Source of the DNA: Deltaproteobacteria bacterium
GTDB taxonomy: Bacteria > Chloroflexota > Dehalococcoidia > Dehalococcoidales > BS750m-G39
Assembly (NCBI GenBank): GCA_030603275.1
Contig: JAUVYB010000006.1
Span: 5,205 to 69,204, forward strand
DNA length: 64,000 bases
Direction: 5' to 3'
Below are positions 1 through 7,854 of the stretch, one piece after another. The notes under the pieces were generated by a model that saw only the letters and a program-made list of their open reading frames with translations, was not told the origin of the DNA and searched no databases. The position numbers and the translations under genes are program-made. Every line of letters begins with the position of its first letter. Positions within the stretch are counted from its first letter, which is position 1.

Positions 1-639
1 TTTAACCTCATCAAGGTAGACCACCGAGGCGCCCAGTCCTTTTAGCCCCATAGTCTCGCAGGGCTCACGGAGGTTATAGCCCGGAGAAGAAGTATCAATG
101 ACGAAGGCGTTTAAGCCTTTGCCCTCACTTTTGGCGAAGACCAGCGCCAGATTGGCCGCCGGCGCCAGGGCGACAAACTGCTTCTGGCCGGTGACGGCAT
201 AGCCATCGCCGCTCTTTTGGGAGGTAGTGGTGATTGCCCGGGGGTCGGAGCCGGTCTCGGCCTCGGTGAAGGCGATGCTGCCCAGCATTTCACCCTTAGC
301 CAGAGGAGCTAAAAGGGCTTTCTTTTGCTCTTCATTGCCGAAGCGGAATATCGCCTCCTCAGGGACGGTGTTTATGGCCATGACAGCGCCGACGGTCATC
401 GACGCCTGGCAGAGCTGCTCCAGCACCAGCACGTAGCTCAGATAGCCGGCCCCGCTGCCGCCGCATTGGGCGGGGTAAGGCAGGCCCTGATAGCCCCGTT
501 TGCCCAGTTCTTTAGCCAAATCAAAGGGGAACCGGCTCTTAGAGTCAATTTCAGCGGCCTGGGGTTTAACGGCATCATCGGCAAACTCCCCTGCCATTCT
601 TTGCAGCATCTTCTGTTGTTCGCTAAGATTAAAGTCCAT
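1..639 (-). CDS. acyl-CoA dehydrogenase, N-terminal 213 codons (C-terminal part lies beyond window start)
   Basis: Absent from the ORF track because no stop codon lies in the window. My minus-strand translation from the ATG at 639-637 gives MDFNLSEQQKMLQRMAGEFADDAVKPQAAEIDSKSRFPFDLAKELGKRGYQGLPYP...GSIAFTEAETGSDPRAITTT...GDGYAVTGQKQFV, a typical ACAD N-terminal/middle-domain pattern. The frame runs exactly to nt 1, and the start abuts the ruvX stop. Confidence 0.8.
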   Translation of the reverse strand, partial: MDFNLSEQQKMLQRMAGEFADDAVKPQAAEIDSKSRFPFDLAKELGKRGYQGLPYPAQCGGSGAGYLSYVLVLEQLCQASMTVGAVMAINTVPEEAIFRFGNEEQKKALLAPLAKGEMLGSIAFTEAETGSDPRAITTTSQKSGDGYAVTGQKQFVALAPAANLALVFAKSEGKGLNAFVIDTSSPGYNLREPCETMGLKGLGASVVYLDEVK

Positions 640-1065
640 TTATGTCAACTCCGGCGGGTTAGATTCGTCGAGATAGCTCTGCAGGATTAAGGCGGCGGCC
701 TGAGAATCGTACCGGGTCTTTCCCCTGCCCTTTTTGCCGCCGGACGCCCGCTTGAGGCGCTGCGCCATTACCGTGGTCAGGCGCTCGTCCCTGAATTCCA
801 TCGGGGTTTTAATATGCTCGGACAGCTTCCGGGCGAAATCATTGACCTTTTCCGCCTGCCCGCTCAAAGAGCCGTCCAGCGAGAGGGGCAAACCGACGAC
901 GATTTTCCCTACCTGCTCTTTATTGATAATATCGGCAATCGCCGCTATAGCCTGAGCATCATCTATGCGTTCAATAACGCTAAACGGGCTGGCTAAAATA
1001 CCTCCGGGGTCGCTTAAGGCCACCCCAATCCACCTGTCCCCGATGTCCAGTCCCAGACAGCGCAT
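640..1065 (-). CDS. ruvX: YqgF/RuvX-type putative pre-16S rRNA nuclease (Holliday junction resolvase-like)
   Basis: 141 aa. The N-terminus MRCLGLDIGDRWIGVALSD is the YqgF signature. The position directly downstream of alaS, sharing nt 1065, is the conserved alaS-ruvX arrangement. Confidence 0.9.
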   Translation of the reverse strand: MRCLGLDIGDRWIGVALSDPGGILASPFSVIERIDDAQAIAAIADIINKEQVGKIVVGLPLSLDGSLSGQAEKVNDFARKLSEHIKTPMEFRDERLTTVMAQRLKRASGGKKGRGKTRYDSQAAALILQSYLDESNPPELT

Positions 1066-3683
1066 TAGATTAAGCTCTTTACCAACTTAAGGGCCTGGTC
1101 CAGCTTTTTCTTATCCCTGCCGCCGGCCTGGGCTAAATTCGGCCTGCCGCCGCCGCCGCCGCCGGTGACCGCAGCCACCTGCTTGACTATCTTGCCGGCA
1201 TCATAGCCTTTGGCGACTAAATCGGGGGTTACGGCGGCCAGAAAAGCCGGTTTGTCTTCATATACGGTTCCCAGAACGACTATAGCGCTCAAAAGCCTGT
1301 CGCGGAGAAAGTCGCTCATCTCCCGCAGAATCTCCAGCCGTGAGGAAGGGACTTTAGCCACTAATACGTTTATCCCTTTAATAACCTCGGCCTGAGCCAG
1401 CAAAGATTCGGCGGTCTTTTTGGCCAGTTCCCGCTCCAGGGCCAGCCGCTGCTTGCGCTCCTGCTCCAGCTCGCCGGCCAGGCCGGATACCTTGTCCCTG
1501 GCTTCCTCCGGGGAAGACCCCAGAGTTTTAGCAATCCGCTCCAAATCCGTCAGGCGCTCATCAAAATACTGCTCGGCGCCGCGGCCGGTAACGGCCTCAA
1601 TGCGGCGCAGGCCGGAGCCGATGCTGCTCTCGGAAATAATATGAAAGAGGCCAATCTCCCCGGTGGCCGAGACATGGGTGCCGCCACAGAGTTCGGCGCT
1701 GATAAAGGGCTCACCGATTTTTAACACCCTGACGGTGTCCCCGTATTTTTCATCAAAGAGGGCGATGGCACCCGCCTCTATCGCCTCTTTATAGGGAATC
1801 TCCTCGTCATAGACCCTGAGGTTCCGGCGGATTTGCTCGTTTACGATGCGGTTGACCCCGGCTATTTGCTTTGCCGACAGCGCCCTGAGGTGGGAGAAAT
1901 CAAAGCGGAGGCGGTGGGGTGCCACCAGAGAGCCGCGCTGCTGGATATGCTCCCCCAGCACCCGGCGCAGCGCCATCTGGAGGAGGTGGGTAGCGGTATG
2001 ATTGCGGGCGATATCAAGGCGGCGCTCCGTTTCCACCACCGCCTCGACCTCATCGCCAACGCTGAGGCTACCTTCAACAACCTTGCCCTGGTGGACGATT
2101 ATGCCCGGCGGCACCTGAATGGTATTAATCACCTCAAAAAGCCCGTCATGTCCCCTTATTTGGCCGGTATCACCGACCTGGCCGCCCATCTCTCCGTAGA
2201 AGGGGGTGCATTCCAGAATAAGATTCGCTTCCTGACCCTTCTCTATTTTATCGGCGGGTTTATTAGCCACGGCAAGGCTGACGATTTTAGACTTAAAGCT
2301 GAGGCTGCCGTGGCCGACGAAGGAGGTGGGCTCAAGGTTTCCCTGCGCCCCAACTTCCCCACCCCCTGCCTTTACTTTAAACTTATGGGCGGCGTGGGCT
2401 TTTTCCTTCTGCCTGCCCATCTCATTCTCAAAGCCATCCAAATCCACCGAGAAGCCACGGTCGGCGGCAATCTCCCGGGTCAGCTCAACGGGAAAGCCGT
2501 AGGTGTCATAGAGCTTGAAAGCCCGCTCGCCGGAGATTTCTTTTTTGCCCGTCCTGGCGGCTTCAGCAACAATGTCATCCAGCAGTTCCAGTCCGGTGCT
2601 CAGGGTGGCGCCGAACCTGGTTTCTTCATCCTCAATTACCTGCAGGATAAAGTCCCGCCGCTGCTTAAGCTCGGGGTAGACGTGGCCCATAAGCTCGATA
2701 GCCACCTCGGCGATATTATCAATAAAGGGCTTCTCCAGGCCTAACCTGCGGCCGAAAAGAGAGGTGCGGCGTAGTACCCGCCGCAGGACATAGCCCCGCC
2801 CCTCGTTGCCGGGGAGAACGCCGTCAGCGATAAGAAAGGCGATACCCCGGCTATGCTCAACCACCACCCGCATGGCGTTATCGGTAGCCTCGTCGGCGCC
2901 GTATTTGCGGCCCGAAAGCCCAGCTATTTTATCTATCAGTGGAACGAAGAGGTCGGTATCATAGACGTTGGTCTTGCCCTGTATTACCGCCGCCGTCCTC
3001 TCCAGACCCATGCCGGTGTCAATATTGGGCTTGGCCAGTAAAGAGCGGTTGCCCTCCCGGTCCTGGTCGTACTGGGTGAAGACCAGGTTCCATATCTCCG
3101 AGAAGCGGCCGCAGGCGCAGTTGGGGCGGCAGGAAGACTTGCCGCAGCCGAACTCCTCGCCGAAGTCATAGTGAAGCTCGCTGCAGGGGCCGCAGGGGCC
3201 GGAATCACCGGCCGGTCCCCAGTAGTTGTCCTCCTCGCCAAAGCGCAGTATCCTTTCTTCGGGGACACCCACCTCCCGCCAGTAGCCGAAGGACTCGTCA
3301 TCATCCAGGAATATGGTCGCCCACAGGCGCTCCGGCTTTAATTTCAATCTTTCGGTAACGAACTCCCACGCCCAGCCAATCGCCTCCCGCTTGAAGTAGT
3401 CGCCGACGCTGAAGTTGCCCAGCATCTCGAAGAAGGTGAGGTGGCCGGCATCGCCCACCTCCGTGAGGTCGCTGGTGCGGAAGCACTTCTGGCAGGAAGC
3501 CAGGCGTGGGCTGGGGGGAACTTCCTCCCCCAGAAAGTAGGGCTTGACCTGCACCATGCCGGCGCTGGTGAGCAATAGCGTTGGGTCACCCCTGGGTATC
3601 AGCGGGGAGCTAGGTATGATTTTATGGCCTTTTTCCTTAAAGAAATCCAGAAAGGCTTTTCGGACCTGGTCGCTGGTCATCAT
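1065..3683 (-). CDS. alaS: alanine--tRNA ligase
   Basis: 872 aa. Class II AlaRS motifs are present (FFEMLGNFS, GMGLER), with the editing-domain HxxxH/CxxxH (HTATHLL ... CGGTH) and a C-terminal DHHA1-like GGGGGRPNLAQAGG. Confidence 0.97.
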   Translation of the reverse strand: MMTSDQVRKAFLDFFKEKGHKIIPSSPLIPRGDPTLLLTSAGMVQVKPYFLGEEVPPSPRLASCQKCFRTSDLTEVGDAGHLTFFEMLGNFSVGDYFKREAIGWAWEFVTERLKLKPERLWATIFLDDDESFGYWREVGVPEERILRFGEEDNYWGPAGDSGPCGPCSELHYDFGEEFGCGKSSCRPNCACGRFSEIWNLVFTQYDQDREGNRSLLAKPNIDTGMGLERTAAVIQGKTNVYDTDLFVPLIDKIAGLSGRKYGADEATDNAMRVVVEHSRGIAFLIADGVLPGNEGRGYVLRRVLRRTSLFGRRLGLEKPFIDNIAEVAIELMGHVYPELKQRRDFILQVIEDEETRFGATLSTGLELLDDIVAEAARTGKKEISGERAFKLYDTYGFPVELTREIAADRGFSVDLDGFENEMGRQKEKAHAAHKFKVKAGGGEVGAQGNLEPTSFVGHGSLSFKSKIVSLAVANKPADKIEKGQEANLILECTPFYGEMGGQVGDTGQIRGHDGLFEVINTIQVPPGIIVHQGKVVEGSLSVGDEVEAVVETERRLDIARNHTATHLLQMALRRVLGEHIQQRGSLVAPHRLRFDFSHLRALSAKQIAGVNRIVNEQIRRNLRVYDEEIPYKEAIEAGAIALFDEKYGDTVRVLKIGEPFISAELCGGTHVSATGEIGLFHIISESSIGSGLRRIEAVTGRGAEQYFDERLTDLERIAKTLGSSPEEARDKVSGLAGELEQERKQRLALERELAKKTAESLLAQAEVIKGINVLVAKVPSSRLEILREMSDFLRDRLLSAIVVLGTVYEDKPAFLAAVTPDLVAKGYDAGKIVKQVAAVTGGGGGGRPNLAQAGGRDKKKLDQALKLVKSLI

Positions 3684-3691
3684 TATCTACG

Positions 3692-3720
3692 ATTTTAGTT
3701 TAAGAGACACCGACTGTCAA
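3692..3720 (-). promoter_or_regulatory. sigma70-type promoter for alaS, near-leaderless
   Basis: On the minus strand: TTGACA (3720-3715), 17 nt, TAAAAT (3697-3692), then 8 nt, then ATGATG (3683). No Shine-Dalgarno sequence fits in the 8-nt gap. Confidence 0.55.
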
Positions 3721-3734
3721 CGTGGGGAGGAAAT

Positions 3735-4775
3735 TCAAGCGGGCTGGGGGCAGAGGTCGGCGATCAGCAGATTTAGCGCCAGACCACCATCGTACCTGCC
3801 CGTCTTGATGGACAGGTCTGCCTGCAGGAGGCGTATATACACCTGCTTGAGCCGCTCCAGGGGATAGCGCTGAGCCTGCTCCATTGTCTTGCGGAAGGGA
3901 AACTCCGACTTTAAGCCCAGTCGGCTCTGAATCTCCATATCGGGCTTTCTCTGGCGCCTAAGCTCCTTAGCCCGTACCACCAGCCTCACCTGCCGCGACA
4001 GCATCACCAGCAGATAGGCCGGCGAGGCCCCCTGCTGCAATAATTGCTCCAGCAGTGTTTCGGCGACCCCCACCTTGAAGTCGAGGATGGCATCGACCAT
4101 GGCGAAAACATTAGCCTCCTGCGCCGAGCTGACCACCGCCTTAATATCATCCACCTCAATGCTGCGGCCCAAGGCGAACAGCGCCAGCTTGTTTATCTCA
4201 CTGCTCATAATCCAGAGATTGCCCCCCACCAGCCGGGCCAGCAGGTCCAGCGCCGGCGGGGACATGGCGGCACCCTGAGCGGCAGCTTCCTTTTTAATCC
4301 ACTGGCGCAGCACGTCGCCCCTGAGCAGGGGGAAAGACATTACCTTTGCCCCGGAAAGTAGTTTAAGCAGCGGGTTAGCGTTTTTTATCCGGCCGTCGGT
4401 CAGGACTAAAATAGTGCTATCCGGGAGGTTAGCCATAGCGGCGGCAAGGGATTTGGCGTCGCCTTGCCGCCCGTTGGAAGGCGACGATTTCTTGCTCCGG
4501 CGGGGCTTGTTCTGGGACTCAAAGCGCCCCAGCAGTCCCTGGACAACCACCAAGCGACTTTCGGCTAAAAAGGGCACCGTCTCCACCACCATCCGCAACT
4601 GGTCGGGGGTCACCTGCTTGCCTTCAAGGAGGGTGGTGTTGGTAGATAAAAGAGAGGGGTCGCCCAGGCCCTTTTTTATCTCGTCCAGCGCCCGGGTAAG
4701 GGAAAAATCGTCATCACCATATAATATATAGAGCAAATCACACCTTGGCTGTTTGAAGTTATCCCATTTTAGCAT
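3735..4775 (-). CDS. holA: DNA polymerase III delta subunit
   Basis: 346 aa with a HolA-like N-terminal pattern (YILYGDDDFSL ... LLEG) and a C-terminal helical domain. Assignment by family resemblance. Confidence 0.8.
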   Translation of the reverse strand: MLKWDNFKQPRCDLLYILYGDDDFSLTRALDEIKKGLGDPSLLSTNTTLLEGKQVTPDQLRMVVETVPFLAESRLVVVQGLLGRFESQNKPRRSKKSSPSNGRQGDAKSLAAAMANLPDSTILVLTDGRIKNANPLLKLLSGAKVMSFPLLRGDVLRQWIKKEAAAQGAAMSPPALDLLARLVGGNLWIMSSEINKLALFALGRSIEVDDIKAVVSSAQEANVFAMVDAILDFKVGVAETLLEQLLQQGASPAYLLVMLSRQVRLVVRAKELRRQRKPDMEIQSRLGLKSEFPFRKTMEQAQRYPLERLKQVYIRLLQADLSIKTGRYDGGLALNLLIADLCPQPA

Positions 4776-4820
4776 AGTGGGGTTAATTATTCTCTATTTG
4801 GGTGGGGCAAAAAGGGAGTC

Positions 4821-4896
4821 AAAGAGGGGCGTCAGCCCCTCTTTCTTCTCCTTCCCCCTCTCCAAGATTGGAGAGGGGGATACAGGGGGTGAGGTT
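4821..4896. repeat. twin-hairpin intergenic repeat (family B), copy 1
   Basis: Hairpin 1: AAAGAGGGGC (4821-4830), loop GTCA, GCCCCTCTTT (4835-4844), a perfect 10-bp stem. Hairpin 2: TCCCCCTCTCC (4853-4863), loop AAGATT, GGAGAGGGGGA (4870-4880), a perfect 11-bp stem, followed by TACAGGGGGTGAGG. The same architecture recurs at 41211-41288. Confidence 0.8.
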
Positions 4897-4972
4897 GACA
4901 ATAATAACTTCTATTGAACAATAACCCTACTAGGAGTAAAATAAACCTAACGAACACCACAGGAGAGTCAAA

Positions 4973-5197
4973 ATGGCCGAACAGCCCGATGAACTGAAGA
5001 AGCTGGCGGCAATTACCAGCGACCTGGAGTTTGCCTCCGAACTGAGGACTCAAGCCATTGAACAGCTCGGTACCATCGGCTCCCATGAAGCCCTCCTTAT
5101 CCTGCTGGATATTGTCGCCAACGAGAGGTTGACCACCAAGGAACGCGAACTTGCCCTCGAGCGGGCTAAAAAAATAGTCAAGTCCAGCCACCAGTAG
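4973..5197 (+). CDS. small HEAT-repeat-like hypothetical protein
   Basis: 74 aa. An AGGAG lies 8 nt upstream of the ATG. The sequence AIEQLGTIGSHEALLILLDIV resembles a HEAT/PBS-lyase repeat. Confidence 0.5.
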   Translation: MAEQPDELKKLAAITSDLEFASELRTQAIEQLGTIGSHEALLILLDIVANERLTTKERELALERAKKIVKSSHQ

Positions 5198-5228
5198 CCC
5201 CCGCTCTGACAGGGCCGGGATTAGACTA

Positions 5229-6314
5229 ATGAGTATTAATATCGGCATCGTCGGCCTGGACAAAAGCGGCAAGACCACCATCTTCAACGCCCTGACCAGG
5301 GGCCAGGCCGACACCAAAAGCTCCACCCTCCATATCGGAAAGGCTAAAGTCCCCGAACCGCGCCTCAAAGCGCTGGCCGACATGCTCCAGCCCAAGCGTG
5401 TAGTCCCCGCCGAGGTGAGCTATATCGACATCGGGGCTTCGGTTAAGGGGGGAGACAGGGGGATGGGGGGTCAAATCCTGGGCGAGTTGAGCCACACCGA
5501 CGCCCTTATTAACGTCGTCCGCGCCTTCGCCGACGACAGCATACCCCATGTCGAGGGCAGCCTGGACGTGGAACGGGACATCACCGCCATCGACCTTGAG
5601 CTTGCCCTCCATGATGCCGGCATTACCATCCGCCGACTGGAGAGGATAGAGACCTCACTGAAAGGGGGCGACCCCACCGAGCGCCAGGGCCTGCTGAGAG
5701 AGCAGCAACTGCTGGAAAAGCTAAAAGCCGAACTGGAAAAAGAGGTTCCCATCCGCCAGCTCGGATTAACCGCCGACGAAACCAAGGCCATATCTAACTT
5801 CCAGTTCCTCACCGCCAAGCCGCTGCTAATCGCGGTCAACATCGGAGAGGAGCAGATATGTGAAGCGGCGTCTTTAGAAAAAGAGCTGAACTCCCGCCAC
5901 TCCGGGGCGGGGCGGGGCTTTATCGCCCTCTGCGGCAAGCTGGAAATGGAGCTGACCCAGCTGGATGAAGAAGCAGAGAAGGAATGCCGCACCGAGTTCG
6001 GCATCACCGAGCCGGGATTAGAACGCGTTATCAGGCTGAGCTACCAGCTGCTGGACCTGATTACCTTCTTCACCACCGTATCGGATGAGGTCAAAGCCTG
6101 GCCTATCCCCAGGGGCACTACCGCCCTTAAGGCGGCGGGGAAAATCCACTCCGACATGGAACGGGGCTTTATCCGGGCGGAAGCCATCAGCTACAACGAC
6201 CTGGTGAAATGCGGCGGTATGGCTGAGGCGCACAAGAAGGGGCTGCTGCGGCTTGAGGGCAAGGGCTACCCGGTGCTGGACGGGGATGTAATTACATTCC
6301 TGTTTAATATCTAG
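5229..6314 (+). CDS. ychF: ribosome-binding ATPase YchF (Obg-family GTPase fold)
   Basis: 361 aa. Contains the G1 motif GIVGLDKSGKTT and the C-terminal TGS-type region GFIRAEAISYNDL...GKGYPVLDGDVITFLFN. Confidence 0.95.
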   Translation: MSINIGIVGLDKSGKTTIFNALTRGQADTKSSTLHIGKAKVPEPRLKALADMLQPKRVVPAEVSYIDIGASVKGGDRGMGGQILGELSHTDALINVVRAFADDSIPHVEGSLDVERDITAIDLELALHDAGITIRRLERIETSLKGGDPTERQGLLREQQLLEKLKAELEKEVPIRQLGLTADETKAISNFQFLTAKPLLIAVNIGEEQICEAASLEKELNSRHSGAGRGFIALCGKLEMELTQLDEEAEKECRTEFGITEPGLERVIRLSYQLLDLITFFTTVSDEVKAWPIPRGTTALKAAGKIHSDMERGFIRAEAISYNDLVKCGGMAEAHKKGLLRLEGKGYPVLDGDVITFLFNI

Positions 6315-6330
6315 CCTGTTTAATATCTAG
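6299..6330. repeat. perfect 16-bp tandem duplication CCTGTTTAATATCTAG x2
   Basis: Copy 1 is 6299-6314 and copy 2 is 6315-6330; they are identical. Copy 1 holds the last ychF codons plus its TAG. Copy 2 holds the stop codon (6327-6329, complement) of the convergent HAD gene. Confidence 0.95.
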
Positions 6331-7022
6331 AGGTATTCCACAATCTGGGTGAGGCTGGAGAGGCGGGGGGCATCGGTAATATCCTCAAAAAAGCCGTTGC
6401 GGTCAATGAGAAGCCCGATCATCCCGGCCCCGTTAGCCCCCACCACATCAATCTGGTGCTGGTCGCCGACATATATTGCCTCTATGGGCCTGACCTTGGC
6501 TTTTCTCAGTGCCGCCCGGAATATCTGGGGCATAGGCTTGTTGAAACCCGCCTCCTGGGATGTGACCACCACCCCCAACCAGTCGGTAAGACCTACCTGC
6601 TGACAGAGGGGGGTTATATCACGGTCTACATTGGAAATAAGTCCTAAAATCAGTCCCCGCTCTTTAAGCTGGGTGAGGGTGGGGACGACATCATCAAAGA
6701 GAACCATCTTGTAGTCAGCCTTAAGCCACTTCTTTAAGATACCGGTGATGAGCTCCCAGGATGCCTCTATCCCTACCTCCTTGAGGACTATGCCGTGGTA
6801 TTCGGTGTAGAGCTCCACCGTTTCCTCTTTAGAGCGCCTGCCTATCGGGTAACGGGCATGCTCCTGATAGATAAATTCGTCGGCGGCCATGATGGGGCGG
6901 AGCAAAGACTGGGGGGTTGCCTCTACGCCCAGCTCCTTGAGTATCCTGGCCTCGGTTTCTTCCCTGGGCGGGTCGTAGCCAACCAGCGTGTTGTAGAGGT
7001 CGAAAAATACCGCTTTAATCAC
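6327..7022 (-). CDS. HAD-superfamily hydrolase (subfamily IA-like)
   Basis: 231 aa. Motif I is FFDLYNTL (D-x-Y-x-T variant), with later SN and GD motifs (LISNVD, YVGDQHQIDV). Substrate is not assignable. Confidence 0.85.
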   Translation of the reverse strand: MIKAVFFDLYNTLVGYDPPREETEARILKELGVEATPQSLLRPIMAADEFIYQEHARYPIGRRSKEETVELYTEYHGIVLKEVGIEASWELITGILKKWLKADYKMVLFDDVVPTLTQLKERGLILGLISNVDRDITPLCQQVGLTDWLGVVVTSQEAGFNKPMPQIFRAALRKAKVRPIEAIYVGDQHQIDVVGANGAGMIGLLIDRNGFFEDITDAPRLSSLTQIVEYL

Positions 7023-7076
7023 GAGGTCGCCTTCCTGAAGTTGCGGGTGAGTAAACTAACCATAGCCTGCCGATTT

Positions 7077-7751
7077 CTAGGTGATAGTGACCAGACCGTG
7101 CTTTATCGCTTCTACCACTGCCTGAGTGCGAGCGTTGGCGTTGAGCTTGCGCAGTATAGAGGTGACATGGTTCTTTACCGTTTGCTCGCTTATGTCCAGA
7201 GCCAGGGCAATCTGCTTGTTGAGATAGCCCTTGGCCATATAGTTAAGGATTTCCTGTTCCCTGGCGGTTACCGGCGAGACGAAGGACTCGGTTCCCTGCC
7301 CCAGGGGAAGTTCCCGGAAGTGATGCAATACCTGCTCCGCCACCTTGGGGTGGCTGACAAAGCTTTCGTTTATGGGGTGTTCCCCTTTAGCCGTCCTCTT
7401 TACCGCGTTGACCAGCTCTTCGGCGGTAATATCCTTGTTTAAGTAGGCTGCCGCCTGGGCTTTGATCGCCTGGAACAGCTGGTCATCGTCCGGGGTGGAG
7501 GTAAGTACAATTACGCCGATATTGGGCATACGTTGTCTTATCTGTCGAGCCAGTTGCAGCCCGCTATCGGAGGGGGTATCAATGTCTACCATGACTACAT
7601 CAGGCAGCAAGCCTTCCACGGCTGATACCGCCTCATCATTGGCTTCAGCATCGCTGATAATCTCTATCCCGCTCATGCCCGCCAGCGAATGCCGTACCCC
7701 CTGCCTGAACAGGGACTGGGGGCTGATTATGCATAGCTTTATTGTGGTCAT
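7077..7751 (-). CDS. NarL/LuxR-family response regulator, atypical receiver
   Basis: 224 aa. The receiver keeps D (VVMVDID), T (VLTS) and K (YLNK) but has S-P where the N-terminal acidic pair normally sits (LCIISPQSL). The C-terminal LuxR HTH reads EQEILNYMAKGYLNKQIALALDISEQTVKNHVTSILRKL. Confidence 0.9.
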   Translation of the reverse strand: MTTIKLCIISPQSLFRQGVRHSLAGMSGIEIISDAEANDEAVSAVEGLLPDVVMVDIDTPSDSGLQLARQIRQRMPNIGVIVLTSTPDDDQLFQAIKAQAAAYLNKDITAEELVNAVKRTAKGEHPINESFVSHPKVAEQVLHHFRELPLGQGTESFVSPVTAREQEILNYMAKGYLNKQIALALDISEQTVKNHVTSILRKLNANARTQAVVEAIKHGLVTIT

Positions 7752-7854
7752 AACTTAACTTAAGTGTAACACATAATAACTATAGCTTCAATAGTATAGC
7801 TACCGGAGTTCTGTAAAGCAGGGGGGAAACTGACACCACCCAGCCCCGGGCTGG

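Noticed and set aside
4832-5395. A 187-aa minus-strand ORF from the track spanning the holA-ychF intergenic region.
   Set aside because: It overlaps the well-supported ychF and the small HEAT-like gene on the opposite strand. It also reads through the family B hairpins, giving low-complexity G/R/P-rich ends. It is a typical shadow ORF.
6327-7022. The temptation to call the HAD hydrolase a 2-haloacid dehalogenase, because motif I reads D-L-Y-N-T as in the DxYGT subfamily.
   Set aside because: One motif variant is insufficient, and I could not verify the other dehalogenase-specific residues by eye. I kept it as a generic HAD-family hydrolase.
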